Shown piece after piece: positions 26,101 to 37,400 of a stretch of 64,000 bases of DNA; within the stretch, counting starts at the first letter, position 1, and each line of letters begins with the position of its first letter. The stretch comes from Pocillopora damicornis (Eukaryota): positions 186,001-250,000 of the forward strand of contig NW_020846357.1 of the NCBI RefSeq assembly GCF_003704095.1. The letters run 5' to 3'. The position numbers and the translations under genes were made by a program. Below the pieces are notes generated by a model. The model was not told the origin of the DNA, did no database searches, and saw nothing but the letters and a program-made list of their open reading frames with translations.

Positions 26101-29100
26101 GCGTTTTCAGGCGAGGGATGGCACGCGCTATGTGCGTGCAAAGGCAGGTCACACGCGTGACTCGCCCTTGAGGCTCACGTTATGCTCGCTCTCGCCTCAA
26201 GCTATACTCGCTCTCGCCTCGCACTATACTCGCTCGCGCCTCGCGCTATTCTCGCTTTCCACGCCATTTATTCGCTCTTTCCTAATACTTTCCTCCGCTC
26301 GCCTCAAGACAAGAAGTGACCCGTTCCAAAGGTAATAAAAAAATTTGGCAAATTTGAAATTTTTCTATAAGTGAAAAAAAATTAAATAATATCATATTCT
26401 CACCTATGTAACTGCTCGGAATCTGCAGAAAGTTCTTCAGCACTGTCCTTCAAGACATCAAGAAGTGCCGTCACTGGACAGGCTTGGACAGAAGATAGTT
26501 TGGACTTGATAATCTTTATACAAGCAACAGCCGACTTTCTTACAGCAGAGACTGGGCTGCACAGCGGCACCATAAGAGAAGGTACAACTGCAAAAGCAAG
26601 AATCGAGTTACACCTGTATACAAATGTACATCGATGACAAATGTATCACTCACAACCTGATAATTGGCAACTCAAATTTTAGTTTGGTTACCTGCAGCAA
26701 AAACACTATTGTACCTGAACATGTTGTCTTGGCCAGTTCCTTCACCGCTTTCCCGCTAATGGAGCCAAAGCATGCAGTAGCGATGTGAAGACACTGAACT
26801 TGCAGAAGAGCTAATCCACTCTCCCCTCCCTGGTGGAGATTTTTACACCATAAATGTCCTAGAAACTTTAGCAGGACTAGTTTTTCTGGTAAATGGCACT
26901 GGAAAAGAATGTAACGGAAAATGACATTTAACTGAACAATGGATATTGAAACTAAAACTTGTAACACATAAATGATAAATGTGTAAACAATTAACTCAAC
27001 AATTTAAAATGCTTAATACAGTAGATTTGATGACTACAAGTAAATTAGAAAATAAAAAATAAAATGAATTTAACTCTGGTAGCTACTTCAAAATGGATAA
27101 ATCTCTAACATATATTATGTACACCTGAGTACGTAATTGACCTCTCTCTACATTGTCTTTTACCTGGAAGAGATCTTGAAGTAATTCTTTGAATAAATCT
27201 TGATGTGCTGTTGAAGTGCCACTTCCAAATGCTACAGCCTCAAACAGCATTGTCAGAAGCTAAGGAAAAGGAAAGGTAAGGACTTGTAAATTGCACTTTT
27301 AATTTGGAACGGTATCCTTATGCTTTATGTTCCATACCTTAGTATAAATGCCTTCTGGGTTATTACCATCTGCCTCTGGCCACCACTGTTCTACAAGTGA
27401 CAAACAATGCACATGTATAATATGTCTTTAGATTTCTGTACATTATGTGACAACCAGACATGTACAGAAAATTGGGGAAAGGGAGGAGGAACAAGTAATC
27501 GAATCCCAGCTGCTCACTGACTATCAACACTGTCCATAGTTTAACAATTAAACCACTGTCTGCATTGTCCAACAATGCTTAACTTACATTATTTACTCCA
27601 TAATTCAAAAAACATTTCTCACCACTTAAAGCACAAGGCACAGTAGGGATGTTCTTTATCAATATCTTACACAGCCACAGTGTAATGGCACCTTTGGAAT
27701 GATTCAGCCGCTTATTGCTGTGTTTACCAAGAAATTTCACCAAACATTTTAGTTGAGAAAATGGAACCACATGCCCTGGAGTTGTGTCTTTGTTTCCTGA
27801 CTCTTCATCCTAAAAATGTATACATAAAAGAAACACCTTCCTAAGAAAACAATTGGTACTGTGCTCACATATAAACAACATAAAATCACTATTTCTGCAC
27901 TCCAGACAAGATCTTCTGCATTTTATGTGAATGACTGAAAAGATCAGAGCAAAAGCTACATCCATCAGGTTTTCAGAAGAGAGCACAGGTTTGCAGAAAT
28001 ATTCTCAGGTTGGCTTCCTGTTTTCCAAGTTTAGAGAAAGAATAATATGGTTGCTTTTTCATCAATTAAATCCCAGGAAAGCAAGGAAGTTTTCTCTTTT
28101 TAGCACACTTCTTTATTCTTTCAAAATCCAAGAGAAAATTGAGCATAATAAAATGAAGGAAAGTGGGGTAGAGGTCACTTAATTCAAAGACAGAGCACTG
28201 AAAAACTTCTCAGATTGTTGCTTTAAACATTAAATGTCAGTCCAGTCCACAGTACCTTGAGTGGCTCATAGTTTCCTGGCAATCTTGTCACTTTCCAAAT
28301 ATCGGGTAAGATATATTCTGTGATGATTTGGCAAAACTTAATTTTACACTCCTCTGTTGCTGTAGCAATGACCCTACTGAGCAGACAATTCAGGAGAGGG
28401 TAGAAAAGACTTTCATCTGAAAGAGTTTTGGCATACCCTATCATACTCTGAACCTGATTGAGAGAGAGTCAAGAAGAAATGTAACAACTTTAAAATTAAC
28501 TTTTAAAGGTGAATTCTTTACAATTACTGACTTCAAACATCTACAGTTAGTACATACATGTATGCTCAGAGGTACAATGTAGGTTCTGATTCCAATTCTC
28601 ATGAATGACAGTGCCAGTCATATTTACAAGTCTAAAAAAATAATTCTTGATATCAAGAATTACACGTCTATGGAGGGGAGAAGAGTTGTTTTACCCACCA
28701 TCTCCACACATTGTTCTTCATCCAACTTAACCAAGTTATCTCCAAGCCAACTGATCAGTAAGCTGCTGGCCAAGGCAAGCTTATCAAGGTCAACAATCTT
28801 TGTGCAACTTTTCCACTCTGAAAGAGTTTTAGAGGATAAAGTACATTCATACTTGAATAACAAAATGTATCTCAGCTAATCACAATACAACTTATTGATA
28901 CCTACAGATATAATTTGATACATAAGCAATACAGATACATGTACAATCCCTTTTTGATAGGTGACACCAGTTTTGTAAGCACTGAAAGAAGATAACTTTG
29001 TTAGTTGCTGTAGTTGCTGAATGTTTGCATATAACTGTAAATGATGCATATGTATCTACCTTTCTTTTGAACAAAATCTTCCATTCCAGTCAAAAGAGGA

Positions 29101-32100
29101 TGCAGTGAAGCCAGCTCTGATTGGCTGACAATTAATGACAACTGAACTGCCATTTTGTGAGACTGACGATGGAGCAGTAGACGAGGCAATAAACCAAACA
29201 TAACTTCTGCTACAAGTGATGGCACAGCACAGGTTACCCAGTCACCAACCAACAATAGAGAGGCTTCCTCTCGGACCTTGTCCCTACAGGACCAAAAAAA
29301 GAATTATTACTGCATGTAAATCTAGCTTGATAGACTTACAAAAGAAATTAATGTTTCCTTTAATTTGGTCATCATAATGTCCATAAAATTGTGTTACACT
29401 CACCACTCCTCTGATTTCTTGTCCAGAAGTTTAAACATTTCTTTCAAAAACTGATCAATGGGAAGATTATCTACAAGCCCCTAATTACAAAATAATACCC
29501 ATGATACATTATTAATATAATCACATATTTTTAGTGCATCTAAAGCAATGATAAATCACAAAAAACTCAACTAATATTCTTTATCTTGAGAAAAATCATG
29601 GAATTTCACCTGTCCCAACTTAAGCACACAAGCCACCACAGATGGATCATCATCTTGAAGTCGTGAAAGTAATGAATAGCTGATGAACTGTTTGTCTTCA
29701 GACAAGCCCTGTCAAGCCAACATTTACCAGAGTTATAATTGTATAGAAACTACAGTCACACAAATTACTAAAAAAGTAATAAGCCATGCTTCCAACATTC
29801 CATCGCAAGCATCAGAAATAATTGACAAGTGTAACCCTCCAAAAGAAAAGAAGCAAGGGGGGAAGCTACAAACAGGCTCAGGCTAATGTAACCCTCTAAC
29901 TCACATGACTGACCAAGACAGAATTTCTCCCTATAATATCCATACAACATCAAGCAGGCAAGTGATGAGAATAACAAAAAAATATCAATTACTAGTTGAT
30001 CTAATACCAAATTCTTCAAACAAGAATCAAAAGAGTTGTCTTCCAGACAGTAAGGAGAATTACTAAAGAGTTCTTGGAGGTGAAAGGATCAAGGGCTGAT
30101 CACAAATATAACAGCTGGACAACAACTGAAGAACAGTACCCCTTTATCTGCTAATAGTTCTCCTAGACGTTTGATTGCCATTTCTCGCACTTGGGCTTGA
30201 GGATGATGAAGACTCAAAACTAGTGTTGTGTTTGAATCAGGAATGACCTGCAGAGGGAAAAGTCAACATCCAGTTGAATATAACTGTTATATTAATGCTC
30301 TCTTACACATACATATAGTCCGTTAGATATTCCATACATAATGGTCATCATTCTAAAAGGGGTACAGAGACAATGTGGCAGTGTTTTTTTTAGATATTTC
30401 TTTGATCATCTTAATTACAGCTGGAGAGCCAAAAAAATTTCCATTTCATTTCTGTCATTCTAAAATTCACAAGAAACTATGTTGTCATTTATGACAAAGG
30501 GTCTCTGTGTACATTAGGTTTTAAGAAATGCTTGCTTTTAAAATNNNNNNNNNNNNNNNNNNNNNNNNNNNNNNNNNNNNNNNNNNNNNNNNNNNNNNNN
30601 NNNNNNNNNNNNNNNNNNNNNNNNNNNNNNNNNNNNNNNNNNNNNNNNNNNNNNNNNNNNNNNNNNNNNNNNNNNNNNNNNNNNNNNNNNNNNNNNNNNN
30701 NNNNNNNNNNNNNNNNNNNAAGGACACCAGATCCATTGTCCAGAGGGAACCTTCCTCTGAAACAATGCCAGCATCCCCCTCAGTCATGTCCTCTGTGTTC
30801 TTGAGTGCCTGAAGATGTGCCTCAACAGCTCTCTCTAGTTCAGTAGGATATCTTGTAAAATAAACATAATTATACATTAAAAACAAAATCAACTTTAGTA
30901 ACAGGAAAGAAAAGATCACCTAGAGAAACTTCTAAAGGAACTACATTTGCCCTGTTTTACCAAGCATACAAGACTTAATGTTGAGTCATATCCATTGGTA
31001 AATATGGGTTATTCAATTATGAGAAGTGACATTATGAGAACTTAATTAAAGCAAACTCTAAAATACCAGCGCTTTTTGAGCAAATGTGACAAACACCAGT
31101 TCTGCCAGCTTTTCAGAACAGATATTTGGTCTCATTACTCAGCATCAGATGGATATAGCCAACTACAGTTTCACTTAAAGAAGAACTACAAGAAACAAGC
31201 AGGGTACACAACACGGAGTATGCCCATAGTGCTTAAAGATATAAATGAATTTATTCAAAAACATAAAAGCCCTACACATATACAAATGTGCAGGCATCAA
31301 ACCTAACCTTTTTTCCAAGGCCTGCACCAAATCTTTCACTTTTTCATTCAAGTTTCCAATTCTACCCTCATCTGCACCCAATGCTTTCCTGGCATCACAG
31401 TACTCCTCAAGAAGTGTTCTACAGGTAAGAATCAAGGACAGTGATTAATTTACAATTTTTAACAAAAAAAAACAAGTAATTTGAGAAATGTGATTGTCTT
31501 TAGGAAGAGAGTCCATAAGAAGACTGCTCTCATAGACTGTGCCTGACATTTCCACCAACTGAACAGAAGTCATTCACAAAGTCAAGCACATGGAAGTTTC
31601 TTTCAGTCAAATGTTAGGTCTGTTTAGAGAAAACTGATTAGACTGAGTTTTACGAAGTTTTTATTGGCTTGAAGCCTGCTAAATGTTGAGATCACATTCT
31701 TCCAGTGTCAGAAAGGTACTCAACTCATGTGATTTTTATTCTCAAGAGGAAAATTCCTTCAAACACGGGGAATACACATTTCATCACTCACTGGTCTGAA
31801 GTATCTTGAAATATATATGAAAAAAGTGCTATAATTGATGCTACATGTTAATGACCAGATGCATGGTCTCACAACCTGTTCCGTAGCTTACTATAGCCTT
31901 GAAAGACTAGAAATTCCTAAACCTGATTGACAAGTAACTTTTCCTTACAATAGCAATATATTATCCAGCAAACAAGTACTGAGAATAAATCAAACTTATC
32001 AACTCCAGGGTGTTTATGTGATACATGATATAATCAAAATACAAAATTGAAAATTTTTGAAAAATATATAGTTTCCAAAGAAATATAAAGCAGCTTGAAG

Positions 32101-34076
32101 GTACAGTTTCAGATCAGACCTTAAGCCTTCCTCCAGATGAAGCAGAGGTTTTCATTCAAGCTGTATTTTATTTGAATTATTTGTTTTTAACCCTCTGACA
32201 GTGCCTATATAATATCTGTACTACACACTGTTCAGAAAAGCATTAAAAACATCTGTATTTCTTACAATGAACAACTTATGGTGAATTCTGACCTGCCAAT
32301 CACTGTGACCAGTGCTGGTTCAAAATCAACCTCTCTAAGTAATTCCCAGACAATCTCTAACAGGGCTCTTGTGTCACTCTCCTCTGATAACTCCTGTTTT
32401 ATTCCATTGGATACAAGTTGTGGGACAAATGCTTCAAGTAATGGATTAATGCTATGAGTCACAGACAAATTGTGAAGAATATCTACCAGTCTTGGAAGTT
32501 TCAGAAGTGCTTTAAAAGACCTGTGACAAAATACATAGCAATACACAATTATAAATGAAAAATGGAAGATTTTAAGGATAAGGAGTGACATATCTGCACA
32601 TTAAGCAAAAGTAAGTCATTTTTATCATATGCTATATACATGTATCATAGACTAACCTCTTTGATAATTTCTTTAACCCCTGAGATTGACATGTGTAGGT
32701 AAGACAAGACAAACCTTCAGTGGCAAATCCTGGTTTAATGCTCTGCAATTTATTAAAAAGCGAAGGGATTAATAATACTTGAGTTTGGGAGAGCTTATGA
32801 ACCAATGACAAGTTATAGTGGTCAACCAATGATGAGAAAAAGCTAGAGAAAGACAAGGGAAAGAGAGACGCCACAGAAACATGGAGAGCTACAGACAGTA
32901 CCTTCAAAGAATGGACTATGAAAATAAACTTGATTACTCCCTGTAACAAGACTTGAGGAACAGTTTAAATTTGAGGACTGCCCTGATTGATAATTGATTG
33001 GTTGTAAAAATTTATGCAAACTCAAAAAATGACTAAAGCTTCACCACATTGATAAGTTGCTAGTTTTATTTCAAGACTCAATTTCAGTCCCTGGTGCTTT
33101 CATGATAGGTGATCTTGAATTAAGTCACAAGGGTCAACCTTGAAGGGACTTTCAACTCACCATTTACTGTTGTATTTTATTCATGGAAGATGCCCAAAAT
33201 AACAGTAATTTATAATACCTTACATATGCTGTCAGATAGGGATTTCACCAATTCCTTCTCCATACTGCATCTAAAACACAACTGAGCTGTAATAATGTAC
33301 GATGATGCTATCAGCTCTGAGAGCCCAGACTTAATACCAGCCAGTAAATGAGGCAATAACAGAGTCATAAATTTCTCTGTCACACTTGGCATCATATCCA
33401 AGACTCCAACTACAGTTGAGGTATAAAATGTAAACAAAACTCTCGAGCTTGATGGAGGGATTTCCAACTTTATACCTTCCATTACCATGTCACAAATGAG
33501 AGAGAAGAAGGCTGTATCAGTGATGCAGTGTTGTAAGAAAGCTGTCTTAGAAAGGGGAACTCCAGCTTTTTTAATCGGACTGAGCCAGTTCCATTTTGAG
33601 GAAGGATCTTTTATGGAAAGTAGCTGCAACACACGAGTGAACAAGTTTGTTTCGTGGTAAGGCAAAATACAAGTGACCAAACTATCAACATTGTGCACGT
33701 GGATTTGGAATCTTCGGATAAGCCATTCCAAAACCTTATGAGCTGGCTTTAGCAAGAAGTATGGCGATAAATATTGCAGAAACTTTGAAATATGCTTATC
33801 GAGCTTTTCGTTCACATCTTTTGTCTGTAAAGATCTCTCCAAAGACATCGAATTGTCGCCAAAAAGCGACTTTTCAAACATCTTAAAGGCAGGCTCGATA
33901 ACTTTCAATTCTTCCAAGCCATTTAAACCGATAGAGAACACAGTTTCGTTGTCTATGTCAGCTGCCTCTTTCGAATCAAATAGCAGAGATGATTTTTTGC
34001 TGGCTTTAGCAGTGGCTGTTGAAGGCAAACTGCCTGGTATTTGCAGTTGCTGTAGTTGTTTTGCCAGGGACGTCAT
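13454..34076 (-). CDS. HEATR1: HEAT repeat-containing protein 1 / U3 snoRNP protein UTP10, multi-exon (first coding exon 34076-33219, last 13542-13454); several exons truncated by N gaps
   Basis: N-terminus MTSLAKQLQQL...SLLFD.KEAADID...LSPYFLLKPAHKVLEWLIRRF; internal VRKALELL-like exon at 19546-19397; C-terminus WKPLNYQVLLKTR...LLPESIPFLAELMEDECFEVE...LGEPLQKYF. Confidence 0.97.
14143..14302 (-). mobile_element. Penelope-like/retrozyme-type repeat fragment carrying a minimal hammerhead motif
   Basis: Minus strand contains CTGACGA-A-GGGC-TAAC-GCTC-GAAA-C-GTC; decayed relatives at 13967-13998 and 15724-15836. Confidence 0.7.
14259..14292 (-). ncRNA. Minimal type I hammerhead ribozyme motif (stem I weakened)
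   Basis: Core CUGANGA and GAAA boxes, 4-bp stem II with UAAC loop, palindromic ACGU stem III, GUC cleavage triplet (C at 14262). Confidence 0.65.
20555..20820 (+). repeat. (GAAC/AAAC)n-derived compound microsatellite with 20-bp higher-order units
   Basis: Repeating AACGAACAAACTAACGAACG / TACGAACAAACTAAGGGAAG blocks in a HEATR1 intron. Confidence 0.9.
20906..20993 (-). ncRNA. Intronic box C/D snoRNA candidate, copy A
   Basis: Sense to HEATR1: box C ATGATGA (20988-20982), box D CTGA (20913-20910), terminal stem AGTG/CACT; paralog at 31702-31794. Confidence 0.8.
21703..21804. mobile_element. Palindromic MITE-like repeat, right end lost in N gap
   Basis: CACCTACCCCTCCCCTAAC versus GTTAGGGGAGGAGTAGGTG inverted arms; same family as 1-68 and 54699-54805. 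Confidence 0.7.
22371..22520 (+). repeat. 23-bp minisatellite (TGACCCACGCGCGTTTCACCCTC), about 6.5 units
   Basis: Degenerate tandem units in a HEATR1 intron. Confidence 0.85.
26184..26255 (+). repeat. 22-bp tandem repeat (CTCGCTCTCGCCTC..CTATA), about 3 units
   Basis: Visible tandem units in an intron. Confidence 0.7.
31702..31794 (-). ncRNA. Intronic box C/D snoRNA candidate, copy B
   Basis: Box C GTGATGA (31787-31781), box D CTGA (31711-31708), 6-bp terminal stem CCAGTG/CACTGG; similarity to copy A stops at the stem. Confidence 0.82.
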
Positions 34077-34418
34077 TTTAGTTTTCCACGTGCCAGAGAT
34101 TAAAAGCGTGGAAAAGACTACAACTTTGAAGAGGCCTGGCTACAAGGCTTGACGATTTTGTGTGAGGGTGGAGAGGGAAGGTGGAAGGTGACACTCTATA
34201 AACATTGTCAAATCTGATTGGATGATATCTGTGAACTCTGTCCAATCACGTTAATCTATCCAAAAGCGCGCGTTATGAGCGTCCGCCCGCGTGAAGAAAA
34301 AAAAATCTGAACATAAACAAAAGATGAGTTTAAATTACCACGTAGAGCTGAAAATGATATCTTATAAGACGCAAAAAATGATGAAATAGAAGGAGATCGC
34401 CTCAAGATACAACTAAAA
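34077..34418. promoter_or_regulatory. Bidirectional promoter region HEATR1/SHOC1
   Basis: 342 bp between divergent ATGs; oppositely oriented CCAAT boxes (CTGATTGG about 34214-34221, CCAATCA about 34242-34248) and a CpG-rich E2F-like AAAGCGCGCG at about 34263. Confidence 0.6.
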
Positions 34419-37400
34419 ATGCCACGCTACCTGGGAATCGACTTCCTCGCGGATGTAAATACAGCATTTGTTCTAATCTTCATACAAACAACCACCCTTA
34501 TCTGAATCTGTCGGTAAACCTACAGATATTTAAATATAAATTTCTATTGTATGGTTCTGTTGTTCCCTTTTGCAGGCATTACGACAGCGCAAAAACATGC
34601 TTTCCCAGATGCTTCTCACAATACCGAGCAATTTGGAGTATGTAGACACGTACACCCATAATGAAACAGCTAGTGATAGGACACGACTTATTCCTCGACT
34701 GAAGGGTAAAGAAGAGATGTTTAATAATTCTTATGAAGCTATTTTAAGCGCTTCTTGGGTTTGTTTCAATCTATTTAAAATTTTGCCTGATTTTCCATTA
34801 ATTATAAGCTATTCATACACAGAAATGATTCCCTTCAAGTTGTCAAGTAGACAACCCATTGACTACCTGGCACAGATCACAGAAATCTCAGGCAACATCC
34901 AGCGGCCTGTGGCCTACAGCTCAGAGAAGACTGGGAAAGACATTGTCCCAAGCTCCAACCCAGACTCCCCTTTGGTATCCTTTGATATGTGGTCTGATCT
35001 TGAAGAGGAAATCGTGGATCAGGTCATCAGCTCATTAGCACCAGACAAAGAACAGTTTACACCAATCGATGAAAAGTCTGACGGTAAATTTGAATTGTTT
35101 GATCGTTGCGAGCGACAACATTAAAGCCTTAAAACTGAACATAAGGGCAAAAGTGTACGAGAATTCTAGTGAAAGTACAGATCAATAAAGAACAAGATAA
35201 AGTGGCAAATGGGTTGTAAACTGGTGATCTCCGCGTAATAAGTCAAGTTACAAAAATTCCTTTGTCCCATACCAATATCTATCATTATCTCATAGATGAC
35301 TCTATGAAACTAGAAGAAGTGGAATTCACAGACAACCTCTATTCCATTCGCCAGAAGATTCCTGACATTAACGTCCTAGCTTCAAGGTTGAAAACGAAAC
35401 TTGTTCAAGACCCTCTTTTGTTGGACAGCCATGGTAATCCCTTGGAAGAGAAGAGCCTTTTGAGGTTAGTAGTTTGATTTTCCAACAGCAACGTCTTTTA
35501 GCTAATAATGTTTTACACAATATGTATGACGCGCGTTTAGCTAGCCCCCGAAAGTCTCCTATTTCATTTGGTAACGTCTGCATGAGGTCACTAGACGCTG
35601 TTGGTGCAATTTCTAGTTTGGCTGAGAAATCATCACACACTATTTTTAATGAATTTTAACTACCCAAATATCCCTTTTTTTCCTGTAAACTCACAGATCG
35701 GAAATTCAGGCGTCTTTCAGGGGAAAAAATGCCGAAGGACTAGGACAGGAGGACAAGGAAATGTTTTTAAAGATATATTGCGGTGACAATGTGAATGAGG
35801 TATGGAAAGCTTGTAAAAGTGGAGCAGACAAAAGACACTAAACATTACAGAGAAATCCTAAGCAAATGTTTAACTCAGGGAATGAGGTGAGAGGTTCTGT
35901 CAAGATGGTTCAGTAGCTGTGGTGTTGTTGCGCTGTTAACATACCGCCTGAATGTCTTTTCACATAGAATGAGGATGAAATCGAAGACGTTTTCAGTCCA
36001 GAAATCACATCAAAAGATGCATTCTGTGTGAAAGAGACGCTCAGATTGCTTGATCTACATGAAAAGAACGAGCTTGTAGGTAAGTTTGGTCCTTTTTTCC
36101 ATTGCTTTATTGTTAAAAAATTTGGGAAATTGAATCATACTTCTGGCCGGGTTCCCACTTGTTCGCCACTCAGTTCCTCTTGTACCGTTAGAAATGACCT
36201 TCGGCTCGTGATTAGACGGTTACAGCTCTATTGTATGCACTGGTTTGTCCACGGGGAGAACATGTGTGTAGCATGCAAGCAAGCCTCTAACGTTTGTTCA
36301 TGATACTTGCATTTTAGGGGAGAAACCTGAGCTGCTGTTACAGCAACCCACTCACACAGGTGTTGAAACTCTCACAGGTTCTGAGGAGAGCAGTGAATTA
36401 AAGACAAATGATTTTGTGAAATTAAATGAAGGTAATTTCCAGTCAGTAAGTAGGAGAGTTTACTAATATACAGATGAATACGTTGACTTGTTTTGCTTGT
36501 TTTTCTGATCAAGCATTAGCATCATATTTTCAGAAGTCTTGTTTCATCAAACTTACGTTAACCAATGCACCCGTTAGTGAAGCACATTTTCTCCAATAAA
36601 TCATTCTCCCTCGAATCATTTTTGAGTGAAGTGTTGTGGCAAAATACCGGCAGTATGCGTCAGAGTTACTGAATCAACCAGCAAGAGAAATAAAAAGATA
36701 CAATATTGTCAGTACTTCTTTTCGTATCAATTCCAAAGCTTATAAAGTTAGGGTGAAAACAATTATTCCATCATAGGTTTATCTAGTATTATATCTTCTT
36801 TGTGCAATGACATTAGAAACTTTCAATATTTAGGAGATCAAACCAACGCTTGCGATGTCTTGGAGGATCAGCAGTTACTGGAATCTCCATCTCATCTTCC
36901 AACTGTGGCGGAGAATCACAGCAGCAAGAAGTTTATTAGTAGTTTGCAACCTTTTAAATTATCTACTGAGATAACTAGGTACGCTCCAAGAGATAAGATT
37001 TTTCTTTGAATCTGTAGCGAATTCTCGCATTAATAACTTCATATCTTCCCTTAGATCGTTCCTAGCATCAATATGCATTTTCTTAACAGAATGCCAGAAT
37101 CTTATCATCTCGTCTTAACCGGAAAAGAAATCATCTGTATCGGTGCGGAGCGATGGCGAGAAAAATAATCCGAGACGTCGGTTTCGCGATAGAATCTCAG
37201 ACAGCGGGAGAACTACTCACAAAATTCTCAAAACTAGTCAGTTTGTAATTAATATATTACTTAATTAACTGTTTGAATAATTTTCCTGAATCTTTGATGT
37301 CAATTTCTTCAGCCCGCCGCTGTCACCCAACAAGGTCAAGCAGTGTGTACAAAACATATGGGAAAATGAAAAGTTTCTCTTCAGTGAACACTTAGCAATG

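Noticed and set aside
27312-27320. U12-type donor GTATCCTT
   Set aside because: On the strand opposite HEATR1 and not at an exon boundary.
33853-34152. Antisense ORFs over real exons (also 12436-12813, 25301-25562, 38542-38775, 43134-43671, 58031-58285)
   Set aside because: Shadow frames of coding exons with no recognisable motifs and mostly non-ATG starts.
34275-34389. Upstream ATGs as the SHOC1 start
   Set aside because: Both terminate at stops before the conserved MPRYLGIDF segment; treated as possible uORFs.
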